A DNA stretch of 64,000 nt from an uncultured cyanobacterium (GTDB lineage Bacteria > Cyanobacteriota > Cyanobacteriia > Cyanobacteriales > CAWCAG01): NCBI GenBank assembly GCA_963803805.1, contig CAWDOD010000003.1:544001-608000 (forward strand), given 5' to 3'. The number at the start of each line of letters is the position of its first letter. Within the stretch, counting starts at the first letter, position 1. Below the pieces are notes generated by a model. That model saw only the letters and a list, made by a program, of their open reading frames with translations. It was not told the DNA's origin and made no database searches. Positions 40,866 through 50,936 of the stretch are shown piece after piece. The position numbers were made by a program, and so were the translations under genes.

Positions 40866-42641
40866 TTATTGGCCCAGCCAACCAGCTAATAACTTATCTT
40901 GTTTTTTAGTAGGAGATTTAACTGATTTAACTTTGTAACGGTTAGGTACGCTTTCAGCTAGCTTTACTTGGCAATTTAAAAGTTGTTCAGCATGGAATAC
41001 AGAGACTTGTATAACATCTCCCGGTTGATAATCTTTGAGGCGATCGCTCAATAATTCAGCCGTAACTTTATAACCATCAATTGCTAATAATTCATCCCCT
41101 GCATCTAACCCTGCCTTACTAGCAGGAGAACCGATTTCTACAAATTTAATGGTAGCAGGGCCATTAGTTTCATTTAAAATAATTCCTAGATGAGGTACTG
41201 GTTCTTTTTCTTTAACTCCAGATACTTGTAAGCCAAAAGGTTCGAGAGATTCATTAAAAGGTAATTCTTCTGTGCTGTCAAGATAAGAATTGAAGAAAGC
41301 AGTTAAATCTGTATCGGCAACGGAGGTAATAACTTCTCTTAATTGTTCTGGTGTAAAACCAATTTCTTTTTTACCGAAACGTTGCCACATTCGCAATATA
41401 ACATCATTTAAAGAGCGTTTATTATTATGGCGGGCGCGAATTAACAAATCGAGTAATAGAGAGACTAATTCCCCTTTCAAGTAGTAAGAAATTTGAGAAT
41501 TATCACTATTAGCATCGCGACGATAAAGTTTAATCCAAGCATCAAAACTAGATTCACTTAGTGGTTGGACTTTCCTGCCTGGAATGGTAAGAAAGCGGGT
41601 AACATCTTTGCTTAAACTGGCTAAATAGGTTTTGCGATCATAAATCCCTGCCCACAGAGGAATTAATAAATCATAGTAACTAGTCACTCCTTCACAAAAC
41701 CAGAGAGAGGTTGTGTAACTTTCTTGTTCATAATTGAACTTTTCTAAGACGTGGGGACGAATACGTTTGACATTCCACAAATGGAAAAATTCGTGGGCAA
41801 CTAATTGGATAAAACGGTCATACTTATCTTTAGCCCGAAAACCAAAACGAGGATAGTTTAAAGAACAAGATTCTTTATGTTCCAAACCTCCAAAGCCACC
41901 CGCAGAAAGATGGAGTAAAAATAAATAGTTTTCGTAGGGCAAACCGTCATATAAATTTGCTTCTACTTCAATAATCTTTTTAGTATCTTCAATAACTTTT
42001 TCGACATCGACATTTCCTTCTCCCCAAATAGCTAGCTGGTGAGATTTACCTAATACTTCAAAATTATAAATTTCCTGCTTACCAATTTCAAAAGGACTGT
42101 CTACTAAAGTGTCAAAATCTGGGGATAAAAAAATATTAGTTTTACCTGGAATTTTGGCTAAAGTTGTTGTAACTTGCCAGTCTGTTTGAGGAGGAATAAT
42201 TTCGATTTGTAGAGGTTGTTGTTCTAACCCCGGCAAAAAGAAAAATAAAGCCGCACCATTAAAATAGCCATGAGTACTATCTAAATGGTTGGTTCTAACG
42301 CTAAGTTCATTTGCAAAAACGCGATAAAAAACAGTTATGCTTTGATTGTCTTCTGTTTCAATACGCCAATGATTTTTAGTCCTTTTGTAACTAGATAAAG
42401 CTACTTTTTTTCCTTTAATTTCTGCCCGTAAATCCTGTACTTGCTTAGCATATTCTCGTACTAAATAAGACCCCGGAGTCCAAACCGCCATACGCAAATC
42501 CAACCAAGCTTCCTGCCAGCCCTCAACCTGAAGTGTTACCTCAAATAAATGAGTTTCCGGTTGTGGCATAGCCACTTGATAAAAAATTGTTGGAGTTGTC
42601 ACAGATGAGATGCGATCACGAATAGCAGTTGCGTCTGTCAT
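40866..42641 (-). CDS. M61 glycyl aminopeptidase family metallopeptidase with PDZ domain
   Basis: WTPGSY, GGLEH, AHEFFHLWN, EGVTSYY, C-terminal PDZ. Confidence 0.92.
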   Translation of the reverse strand: MTDATAIRDRISSVTTPTIFYQVAMPQPETHLFEVTLQVEGWQEAWLDLRMAVWTPGSYLVREYAKQVQDLRAEIKGKKVALSSYKRTKNHWRIETEDNQSITVFYRVFANELSVRTNHLDSTHGYFNGAALFFFLPGLEQQPLQIEIIPPQTDWQVTTTLAKIPGKTNIFLSPDFDTLVDSPFEIGKQEIYNFEVLGKSHQLAIWGEGNVDVEKVIEDTKKIIEVEANLYDGLPYENYLFLLHLSAGGFGGLEHKESCSLNYPRFGFRAKDKYDRFIQLVAHEFFHLWNVKRIRPHVLEKFNYEQESYTTSLWFCEGVTSYYDLLIPLWAGIYDRKTYLASLSKDVTRFLTIPGRKVQPLSESSFDAWIKLYRRDANSDNSQISYYLKGELVSLLLDLLIRARHNNKRSLNDVILRMWQRFGKKEIGFTPEQLREVITSVADTDLTAFFNSYLDSTEELPFNESLEPFGLQVSGVKEKEPVPHLGIILNETNGPATIKFVEIGSPASKAGLDAGDELLAIDGYKVTAELLSDRLKDYQPGDVIQVSVFHAEQLLNCQVKLAESVPNRYKVKSVKSPTKKQDKLLAGWLGQ

Positions 42642-42651
42642 AAGAATCCAG

Positions 42652-42686
42652 TTACCTATTACCTATTACCTATTACCTATTACCTA
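42652..42686. repeat. STRR heptamer (TTACCTA)x5
   Basis: Five perfect tandem copies filling most of the intergenic gap. Confidence 0.9.
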
Positions 42687-42687
42687 A

Positions 42688-43371
42688 TCACATTCTTCCA
42701 GCTAAATTAGTTAACTGCTTCATATTTAAAAGGTAGAGCATTTCCTTTTGGCTATCTTGTTCTACCCAACCCTTACTTTTCAACTTCGCCATAATCTTAT
42801 TGGTTTCATCAAGCCCAATTCCTGATACATCAGCTAAATCTTGTTCAGGAATATCCCAAATTGCCATACCTTGTTCTAAAGATAGGCCATAACTTTCTGC
42901 TAGGGAAACTAGAGTTTGAGATAATTTTACTGCTGGAGGTTTCCCTCGCATTTGGAAGCGGATATTGCTTTGGCGTAACCGCCTGACCATTAGCTGTAAC
43001 ATCCGATGATGTAGTTTGTGATCCTTAAAGAGAATTTGAATAAAACGTTGGGCAGAAATACTCAACAACTTCACCGGAGACAAAGCCGTTACATCTGTTG
43101 AACGGGGAGATTCATCTAGAATAGCCATCTCACCAAAAAAGTCTCCTCGACCCAAAATCGCTAGGGTAGAAGCGTTTTCTTCTGATAAACGACGAACTTT
43201 AACCCAACCAGAGACAATTAAGTAAACTGCATTGCCCCAAGCATCTTCCATAAGAACAGTTCTGTTTTCTGGATACTCATGCTTAACGATAACCGATAGG
43301 AGCCATTCTAAGGTTTCTGGATCTGCGGTGTTGAACAGTGGGAAAAGCTCGTTAAAAGCTTTAGTATCCAT
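42688..43371 (-). CDS. Crp/Fnr family transcriptional regulator
   Basis: FFGEMAILDESPRSTDV cNMP-binding motif; C-terminal HTH. Confidence 0.92.
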   Translation of the reverse strand: MDTKAFNELFPLFNTADPETLEWLLSVIVKHEYPENRTVLMEDAWGNAVYLIVSGWVKVRRLSEENASTLAILGRGDFFGEMAILDESPRSTDVTALSPVKLLSISAQRFIQILFKDHKLHHRMLQLMVRRLRQSNIRFQMRGKPPAVKLSQTLVSLAESYGLSLEQGMAIWDIPEQDLADVSGIGLDETNKIMAKLKSKGWVEQDSQKEMLYLLNMKQLTNLAGRM

Positions 43372-43785
43372 GAAAGGTTAATAAGAGTGAGGATAAATAC
43401 AAAATCACGGGCAAGTGTCGACTAGAGGCTGGTTGAGGAACTCTTGATAGCACGTTAATTTATAAATTCCCACAATCTCACCATAAGCTACCAACTGTCA
43501 ACTACCTAAAAGTGATAATTTCCTATGGCTAGATAATTTTAACTGAAAATTATTGTTCTTCTCTAGTAAATGACCAATAACCAATCGCTGTGATATAAAT
43601 GTTAAGGTTTCTTACGTTAAGTTTATCAGTGTATTTACACCTAAGCTGTTGTGGCTTAGTTGTGAATTCAACTAGATGCAAATATTACTAAAATCCTTTC
43701 TCTAACTGGATCTTAGTAATTGAAGAAAGTCTCATCACCTCTAAGGGGTGACATTACTGGCAACAGTTAAATTATTAATCAATTC

Positions 43786-44835
43786 ATGACAGCATCAACT
43801 TTAAAGTCTAAAAATGTAGTAATTTCAACCACAGAAAAAACTAGTTTCAAGCTCAAAGATATCCTTAATACTTTACCTCACGAGGTTTTTGTTAAAAATA
43901 GGCGTAAGGCCTGGCTAACGGTAGCAACAAATGTTTTTTTAGTCGGGTTAGGCTACTGGGGAATAGCAATTTCTCCTTGGTTTTTGTTACCTTTAGCGTG
44001 GATCTTTACGGGTACAGCGTTGACCGGTTTTTTTGTGATTGGCCATGATTGTGGTCATCGTTCTTTTGCTCAACGTAAATGGGTTAATAATTTAGTAGGA
44101 CATTTGATGTTCCTACCTTTAATTTATCCTTTCCATGCTTGGCGCATTGGCCATAACTACCATCACAAACACACTAATAATCTTGATGAAGATAATGCTT
44201 GGGCCCCATTTAAAGTTGATTATTATGAAAGCTTGCCCAAGGTAATTAGGTATGGCTACCAAGCAATTCGAGGACGCTTGTGGTGGATCGGTTCAGTTTT
44301 TCATTGGGCAATAGTTCACTTTAGACCTTCAGAGTTTAAAACGCCTAAACACCAGCAACAAGTAAGATTCTCTGTTGGTGTAGTTTTGTTGGGGGCAGCG
44401 ATCGCCTTTCCCCTACTCATTGCCACAACTGGTATTTGGGGTTTTGTTAAGTTTTGGTTAGTTCCTTGGTTGGTTTATCACTTCTGGATGAGTACTTTTA
44501 CCATTGTTCACCATACAATTCCTCAAATCCCTTTCAAACCAACTCAACAATGGGACGAAGCAATGGCACAATTAGCAGGAACTGTTCATTGCGATTATCC
44601 CCGTTGGGTAGAATTTCTTTGTCATGATATCAACGTTCATATTCCCCACCATATTTCTACTGGAATTCCCTGGTACAATCTCCGTTCTGCTCATAAAAGT
44701 TTAAAGGAAAATTGGGGAGAATATTTGGTTGAAACCAAGTTTTCTTGGCCCTTAATGAAAGAAATCACTGATAACTGCCACTTATCTAATGGTCAGGATT
44801 TCTACCAAACATTCCAGAATTACAAAAGAAATTAA
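43786..44835 (+). CDS. desA: Delta-12 acyl-lipid desaturase
   Basis: [39 protein letters not shown]. Confidence 0.93.
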   Translation: MTASTLKSKNVVISTTEKTSFKLKDILNTLPHEVFVKNRRKAWLTVATNVFLVGLGYWGIAISPWFLLPLAWIFTGTALTGFFVIGHDCGHRSFAQRKWVNNLVGHLMFLPLIYPFHAWRIGHNYHHKHTNNLDEDNAWAPFKVDYYESLPKVIRYGYQAIRGRLWWIGSVFHWAIVHFRPSEFKTPKHQQQVRFSVGVVLLGAAIAFPLLIATTGIWGFVKFWLVPWLVYHFWMSTFTIVHHTIPQIPFKPTQQWDEAMAQLAGTVHCDYPRWVEFLCHDINVHIPHHISTGIPWYNLRSAHKSLKENWGEYLVETKFSWPLMKEITDNCHLSNGQDFYQTFQNYKRN

Positions 44836-44909
44836 TTATTAACGTAGTGGCTAAGAATTTTAAAGATTCCCTGCCCTAATAACTGAAAAAATAGTTAGAG
44901 CGATTTTTT

Positions 44910-45971
44910 GTGCAAATTACAACAATTGAAGCAACACAGCAGTCTTTGAGCCAGGAAAAGTCGGAACTTCCTTTTACTTTAAAGGAGTTGAAAACAGCTA
45001 TTCCTGATTATTGTTTCCAACCCTCTGCTTGGCGTTCTTTATCCTACTTCTTTCTTGATGTTGGCATTATTGCCGGCTTATATGGAATCGCTAACTATTT
45101 AGATTCCTGGTTTTTCTGGCCTATTTTTTGGTTTGCCCAAGGAACTATGTTTTGGGCTTTATTTGTGGTAGGACATGATTGCGGTCATCGTTCTTTTTCT
45201 CGCTATCTTTGGTTAAATGACTTAATTGGTCACCTTTGCCATACACCGATTTTAGTTCCTTTTCACGGTTGGCGCATTAGTCACCGCACTCATCATCACA
45301 ATACAGGTAATCTTGATACTGATGAGAGTTGGTATCCTATTAAGGAAAGTACATATCATCAAATGACGTGGTATGAAAAAATGCTGCGTTTTGAACTGCC
45401 TCTGCTGATAGTTTATCCTCTCTATTTATTTAAGCGTTCTCCTGATCGTGAACTAGGTTCCCATTTCGATCCTTCTAGTCCTATTTTCAAATCTTCAGAA
45501 AGGAACGATATTTTAACTAGTACCATTTGCTTAGTGGCAATGGTTAGTTTGTTAGGGTTTTTAACCTATCAATGGGGTTTTATTTGGTTGTTGAAAAACT
45601 ATTTATTTCCCTACGTAGTGTTTGTTATTTGGTTAGATTTAGTTACATTCTTACACCATACAGAGGCAGATATTCCTTGGTATCGCGGTAAAGATTGGTA
45701 TTTCCTTAAAGGTGCTTTATCTACTATTGACCGAGACTACGGCATTTTTAATAACATTCACCATAATATCGGCACTCATGTAGCCCACCATATCTTTCTT
45801 AATATGCCTCACTACCATATTAAAGAAGCAACAGAGGCTATCAAACCCATTTTAGGAGATTATTACCGCGCCTCAGAAGCCCCCATATTTAAGTCCTTTT
45901 GGAAATCTAGTCGTAGTTGCCACTTTGTTCCTGATCAAGGAAGTGGCGTTTATTACACTAATGGCAAGTAG
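44910..45971 (+). CDS. desB: Omega-3 (Delta-15) acyl-lipid desaturase
   Basis: GTMFWALFVVGHDCGH, WRISHRTHH, HVAHH. Confidence 0.93.
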   Translation: MQITTIEATQQSLSQEKSELPFTLKELKTAIPDYCFQPSAWRSLSYFFLDVGIIAGLYGIANYLDSWFFWPIFWFAQGTMFWALFVVGHDCGHRSFSRYLWLNDLIGHLCHTPILVPFHGWRISHRTHHHNTGNLDTDESWYPIKESTYHQMTWYEKMLRFELPLLIVYPLYLFKRSPDRELGSHFDPSSPIFKSSERNDILTSTICLVAMVSLLGFLTYQWGFIWLLKNYLFPYVVFVIWLDLVTFLHHTEADIPWYRGKDWYFLKGALSTIDRDYGIFNNIHHNIGTHVAHHIFLNMPHYHIKEATEAIKPILGDYYRASEAPIFKSFWKSSRSCHFVPDQGSGVYYTNGK

Positions 45972-46081
45972 TAATTAGAATTAATACAGCAATTCTTAGT
46001 GGCGCGAGATACAGTCTAGACTCTAAGTTTCACTAATAGCTAATAGAAATATATCTCAGCAGCTTAATAGTTTTCCTTAAT

Positions 46082-46123
46082 AGGCGATCGCCGTTTCCTT
46101 AGCAGAGGCGATCGCTTTTTTTT
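46082..46123 (+). terminator. Rho-independent terminator after desAB, built from two HIP1 sites
   Basis: AGGCGATCGCC...GGCGATCGC followed by T8. Confidence 0.75.
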
Positions 46124-46483
46124 AGTTGATAAATTAATAAAAAATGCAAGTCTATTTGAAATCACTAATAATCTCAATCTATTTTGTTAATGAACTAAGC
46201 AATATTTCATAACAAACACAAGCCTTAAAGCAATATTCAATTAAGTATTTGAGCTATGATTTAATGAATGATTAAGTTTCATCTACTTTGTATCTGAAAA
46301 AGTAGAGTGCTTCAAATAGACCTGCAAGAAGTATCTTTTCTGAGGAATAGGCTTTTTACTTACTTAGCCTTTTTTAACCTTATTACTCTAACCTTTGAGA
46401 ACACAAGTAACTTAAATATCCTAAGTTTCCAGCAGTTATTCCACAAACTTTCTAATTAGCGACTGTTGAAACAAACGGCTTTT

Positions 46484-46741
46484 CTAACTTAAAAAACGGG
46501 GAGATGGTTCTAAGCCACTTCCACGCTGAGGAGATTGACCCCTCTGTGTTTTAGTAGCGTAAGGAAAGATTGAAAAAGCAACTTCAATACTTTCACTATT
46601 GCTTAACCCGTAATTGACCCAATAAGAATCTTTTTTAAAGCTAGTTTGGATTGTAAATATCGCTAGAGCTAAAGATAAAGTAGCGATGTTTTTAGTAGAT
46701 GGCCCTGATAGAGTCACGGTAACCTCCGAATGCAATGACAA
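46484..46741 (-). CDS. Small protein with hydrophobic N-region and PQRGSG motif (PatX-like?)
   Basis: ORF track, 85 aa; IATLSLALAIFTI followed later by GQSPQRGSGL. Confidence 0.4.
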   Translation of the reverse strand: MSLHSEVTVTLSGPSTKNIATLSLALAIFTIQTSFKKDSYWVNYGLSNSESIEVAFSIFPYATKTQRGQSPQRGSGLEPSPRFLS

Positions 46742-46896
46742 TGATTGCTCTTTCTTAATGTCTTGCTTTAAATATGTGTTTTGATGTGTTTTAAACTAAA
46801 ACAGTTTAATTTTTGCTCCTAGTTCCTTGCTATTGAGAAAATTTCCTTAATCACTAACCAAGTTTAATAGTAAGCGGCAACAATGAGTTCAGTATT

Positions 46897-46945
46897 AATA
46901 CCCTTTTATAAAGTTTAACTTTATAAAACCTTATAAAAGGGTATT
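46897..46945. repeat. AT-rich inverted repeat
   Basis: AATACCCTTTTATAA ... TTATAAAAGGGTATT (15-bp perfect arms), downstream of cobB. Confidence 0.7.
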
Positions 46946-47021
46946 TTTGTGACTCGAAAACTTTATTAAGGAATCAAACAAAGCAGTTTGTCAACTTTTT
47001 CACCCCTGTTTACTACGTAAC

Positions 47022-48386
47022 TTAGTCAATGTAATTGCGGCAGTTTTTGAGAAAATGAGCAGCAATTTCAGTATTAAAACCGAAATGTAAATGTAGATAA
47101 GAAGCATGAAGATTAGCTTGTTGCCATCCTTCAAATACTGCTCCAGTTTGAGGATTTAAAGTTTTCATTTCCCACAAAGGCGCGATGAGCGGGTAAGTTA
47201 ATTGGGAACGATGAAATTCATGTCCCCAGACTATTTCTCCTTGTTTAACCATGGAACTAGCCCGTAAAGCCTTGGCTTTTCGATACCCTATTATCAAACT
47301 CTTCCCCATAGCAACGCCAGTGGGTAATACCCCCACCATAGGCCAAGATTTCCCAGTAAAATCAACAATTTGCTGCCCCAAATACATTAATCCACCACAC
47401 TCAGCATAAACAGGTAAACCTTCTTCAAGGGCAGCTTTAACTAGCCTGAGAATTTGCTTGTTTTCTGCTAGTTCTTGGGCAAAAACTTCAGGGAATCCTC
47501 CCCCAAAATAACAACCTTTAATATCTTCAGGTAAGCTAACATCTTTTAAAGGACTCCAAGGAATTAATTCTGCTCCTAGCTGCTCCAAAATATCTAAATT
47601 ATCTTGATAGTAAAAGTTGAAAGCCCTATCCCAAGCTAGAGCAATTCTAACCTTTTTATCTACCTTGAGAGAGAGTGAGTTGGAAATAGGAAAAGAAGGC
47701 TTTGTTGGGGTTAATAAAGGTAGTAAGATTTCCCAATTAAAACATTTTGCAGCTAAGCTTGCTAAGTGAGGAACAATTTCTTTAAACTGAGGTAATTCTG
47801 CTGTGGGTACTAAGCCCAGATGCCGATCTGGTAAAGCTATATTTTCTTGACGACGGAAGACCCCAACAATCGGTAGTTCAACAGGTTCTAAAGCCTCCTG
47901 AAGCAATTCTAAATGGCGATCGCTACCAACTTTATTTAAAATGACACCAGCTAGCTTAATTCTGGAATCGAAGCTACCATAACCATGGGCGATCGCAGCT
48001 ACAGATCCAGATAAGCGGCTACAATCAATTACCAAAACCACAGGTAATTTTAATAACCTAGCAATGTGTGCCGTACTAGCAAATTCGGCTATAGATTCAA
48101 ACTTAACCCCATCAAATAAGCCCATTACCCCTTCCACCAAAGCATAATCTTTGTCTTGGCAATGGTAAGCAAAGCACTTGGATACATAAGCTTCAGAAGT
48201 TAGTAAGGGATCAAGATTACGACAAGGAAGCCCCGTAACCCGACTATGAAACATGGGGTCAATATAATCTGGCCCTACTTTGAAAGATTGTACCTTGTTA
48301 CTTTTTTGAGCTAAAAACGCTAGTAAAGCTAGGGTAATAGTTGTTTTCCCTACTCCACTACGTTCTCCTGCAATAATTAAAGCCAC
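47022..48386 (-). CDS. cobB: Cobyrinate a,c-diamide synthase
   Basis: SGVGKTT, FKVGPDYIDP, VEGVMGLFDG, DRHLGLV, AECGGLMYL, GHEFH. Confidence 0.95.
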   Translation of the reverse strand: MALIIAGERSGVGKTTITLALLAFLAQKSNKVQSFKVGPDYIDPMFHSRVTGLPCRNLDPLLTSEAYVSKCFAYHCQDKDYALVEGVMGLFDGVKFESIAEFASTAHIARLLKLPVVLVIDCSRLSGSVAAIAHGYGSFDSRIKLAGVILNKVGSDRHLELLQEALEPVELPIVGVFRRQENIALPDRHLGLVPTAELPQFKEIVPHLASLAAKCFNWEILLPLLTPTKPSFPISNSLSLKVDKKVRIALAWDRAFNFYYQDNLDILEQLGAELIPWSPLKDVSLPEDIKGCYFGGGFPEVFAQELAENKQILRLVKAALEEGLPVYAECGGLMYLGQQIVDFTGKSWPMVGVLPTGVAMGKSLIIGYRKAKALRASSMVKQGEIVWGHEFHRSQLTYPLIAPLWEMKTLNPQTGAVFEGWQQANLHASYLHLHFGFNTEIAAHFLKNCRNYID

Positions 48387-48437
48387 GCTGTCTCATTAAA
48401 CATTTGTCATTGAACATTTATCATTGCAGGGATTTTC

Positions 48438-48520
48438 AAAAAAAAACAACCGCAAGACAGAAGTTCACGGTTGAGATGGATTTGAAGGAGTAATATGATA
48501 TTTCTAATCATAGGAGTAGA
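48438..48520 (-). ncRNA. Candidate small RNA of about 80 nt with intrinsic terminator
   Basis: Minus strand: TACTCCT, hairpin TATGAT/ATCATA, TACTCCTTCAAATCC, then CAACCG...CGGTTG stem and T9; upstream TTGCCA-N16-TAGGTT. Confidence 0.45.
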
Positions 48521-48591
48521 GAAGCTTAACCTAGTCTCGGTTACAGTTTTGGCAACAGAAAATATTTTTCTTCGATTTAAGAGATTAGCAG

Positions 48592-49668
48592 ATGATCAAT
48601 GAGACAAAACTAAAATCCCGACAACAGGATGTACGTAGTTGTGGCATTAATCCTAATCATTGGTACGTTGTAGCCTCTACGAAGGAAGTCCAGGAAAAGC
48701 CGGTGGGGGTGACTCTTTGGCAACAAGATATAGTTCTTTATCGCGATCAAACAGGGACTATTCAGGCTTTAGAAGATCGTTGTCCCCATCGCCAAGTTAA
48801 ACTTAGTCATGGCCAAGTTAAGGGAAAAAAGCTGGAATGCGCTTATCATGGTTGGCAATTTGATTCAATGGGTAACTGTGCAGAAATTCCTTATTTAGGA
48901 ACGCAACAAAAGCTGCCTAAGTGTAAAATTCGCTCTTACCCAGTTCAAGAACTCGACGGCTTTATTTGGTTATTTTTGGGGGAAAATGAGCCAGAATCAG
49001 TAACTCCTTTAGGACTGGCGGAATGGCAAGATTTAAACTACATCGCCACAGTTTCCGTAATAGATTGTCAGGCACACTTCTCTTACTTAATCGAGAATCT
49101 GATGGATATGTATCATGGGCATTTACATCACGATCTCCAAGCTTGGGCAAGTGCCGCTTTACAAAGCTTAGAAGGGAATGATCAGCGTATTGATGCCCAT
49201 TATCAAGCTCAAAGTTACTATCGCATTGATAAAATTTGGTCAATCTCTCAACTTTTCTTTCCTTCCTTACGTCACCTACATCCTGAACCTTTAGATGTCA
49301 GTTATATTTATCCCCACTGGCAATCAAGTTTAGGGCAGGATTTCAAAATTTACTGCCTTTTTAACCCAATTAGCCCAACCCACACCCGGGCTTATTTAGT
49401 GCATTTTACTTCCCTAAATGCCTTTTGGCGTTTACACAAACTACCAATTTGGTTTCGCCGCTTCATTAAAGATAGTCTATTTGGGTCAGCACAAAAACTT
49501 CTTGACGGTTTAGTAGAACAAGATATCAAAATGATTGAAGAAGAACAACTTGCCTATGAGCAAAATCCTCACCGACGCAACTATGAACTTAACTCTGCTG
49601 TGGTTCAGGTACAAAGACTAATTCACCAACAAGATACTTTTAAGCAAGGCAATAGCAATTTAGTTTAG
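48592..49668 (+). CDS. Rieske non-heme iron oxygenase alpha subunit
   Basis: CPHR...CAYHGW Rieske motif; ENLMDMYHGHLH. Confidence 0.92.
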   Translation: MINETKLKSRQQDVRSCGINPNHWYVVASTKEVQEKPVGVTLWQQDIVLYRDQTGTIQALEDRCPHRQVKLSHGQVKGKKLECAYHGWQFDSMGNCAEIPYLGTQQKLPKCKIRSYPVQELDGFIWLFLGENEPESVTPLGLAEWQDLNYIATVSVIDCQAHFSYLIENLMDMYHGHLHHDLQAWASAALQSLEGNDQRIDAHYQAQSYYRIDKIWSISQLFFPSLRHLHPEPLDVSYIYPHWQSSLGQDFKIYCLFNPISPTHTRAYLVHFTSLNAFWRLHKLPIWFRRFIKDSLFGSAQKLLDGLVEQDIKMIEEEQLAYEQNPHRRNYELNSAVVQVQRLIHQQDTFKQGNSNLV

Positions 49669-49681
49669 CCTACAGCAAAGC

Positions 49682-50107
49682 TCATGCAAAACCGGCTCCC
49701 TGCTCCCCACTTCCTACTTCCTTCCCCAAAGATTGAGAATCTAATTCCTCCAATTCTGGTTCTGTTTGTTGTAAATGTTCTTCTAATATCTTCAAGTTGC
49801 GAACATTAGATTTATAGAAAGCATCGAAGATATCTCCGATAAAAGGGACTGCACCTACTATGGCTTCCAAAGCAATATTGAAAACCATTTGCCTAAAGTC
49901 TTTACCGGGTAAATTGAAGCGAGTTGCTAAGTAAATTATATAAGCAGAAAAAGCGGTACTAACAAGATCCCCCGCACCAGGGATTAAGCCAATAATGGGA
50001 TCTAAGCCAATGCGAAATTTAGTTCCAGGGAGGCGAAAAGCTGTATCCATTAAGCGAGAGAGTTTGCGAATACGATTAAGGTTAGCAAGACGTTGGGCTG
50101 AGGTCAT
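49682..50107 (-). CDS. DUF4112 family protein
   Basis: LMDTAFRLPGT.FRIGLDPIIGLIPGAGD, GDIFD...KSN.RN. Confidence 0.88.
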   Translation of the reverse strand: MTSAQRLANLNRIRKLSRLMDTAFRLPGTKFRIGLDPIIGLIPGAGDLVSTAFSAYIIYLATRFNLPGKDFRQMVFNIALEAIVGAVPFIGDIFDAFYKSNVRNLKILEEHLQQTEPELEELDSQSLGKEVGSGEQGAGFA

Positions 50108-50264
50108 AACAAATATTAATTCTTTTTGCTTTATATACCTTTAATTTAGGCTTTTTTCCTTGTACCCAAAGTGCAAATAAGCTATTTATTTGGCTCATCC
50201 TTAAGAAAGAACTAAATTCCCTCGGTTAACCTAGAAACAAGACACAATACACAAATCAACTTCT

Positions 50265-50684
50265 ATGAAAACTTCACAACTGTGGTTAATCCTGGGGGGA
50301 ATTGCTTTTGGTGGGGTAGGAATTGGTATGGCTTTAACTAATCCTAGCCCAGAAGATTATGAAGAATTTGCCGTGGGGCAATTACAAGAGATTATGGAAC
50401 AAGAAGGGTGCGACAACTTGCCGAAAGAGTTCACAGGAGGAATAGAAATTCCGGAAGGGTTGGGCAACATCCTACAAACTCAGTGTCCTAATATCGTTGA
50501 GAAGGCTAGTCCCATCTTGAAACGAATTATAACTAGCAGTACCCAAAGACAGAATTTTGTCATTTTAAGTATTTATCGTACTGATTTTTCTCGCAACCCC
50601 GTTGCTGGTTATTTACCTGCGGATCAATTCGCTACGGTAGCAGTGTTTAACCGTTTTTATCTTTATCAAGCAGATAAGAGTTGA
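50265..50684 (+). CDS. DUF4359 family protein
   Basis: TM/signal segment then TNPSPEDYEEFA, TQRQNFVILSIYRT. Confidence 0.78.
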   Translation: MKTSQLWLILGGIAFGGVGIGMALTNPSPEDYEEFAVGQLQEIMEQEGCDNLPKEFTGGIEIPEGLGNILQTQCPNIVEKASPILKRIITSSTQRQNFVILSIYRTDFSRNPVAGYLPADQFATVAVFNRFYLYQADKS

Positions 50685-50712
50685 TATATCAATGGGGGGT
50701 AGGTTAGGCATC

Positions 50713-50755
50713 AAAATGGCTGAGAGTTAATGAGAAAAGGCTTTTCAGCCATTTT
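50713..50755 (+). terminator. Hairpin downstream of the DUF4359 gene
   Basis: AAAATGGCTGA...TCAGCCATTTT. Confidence 0.5.
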
Positions 50756-50936
50756 CGGAAACTCAATATAAATAAAGGGAATTTTATTTCTTAAAACCGG
50801 TTTACCAATTACCTTAAAACAGCTTACTTATTACTTATTCCCTACTCCCTTCCCACGAATGTTATCTTGGGTTCAGGGTTGCAGATATCAAGGTTTTCAA
50901 GTTAGCAAGCAAGAATATTCTTCTCTCCAGTGGCTA

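Noticed and set aside
43786-45971. desA-desB tandem as unusual
   Set aside because: Adjacent desaturase genes are known in cyanobacteria.
48387-48591. Cobalamin riboswitch before cobB
   Set aside because: No recognisable B12-box or GGGAA...GCCACTG consensus, and too little space.
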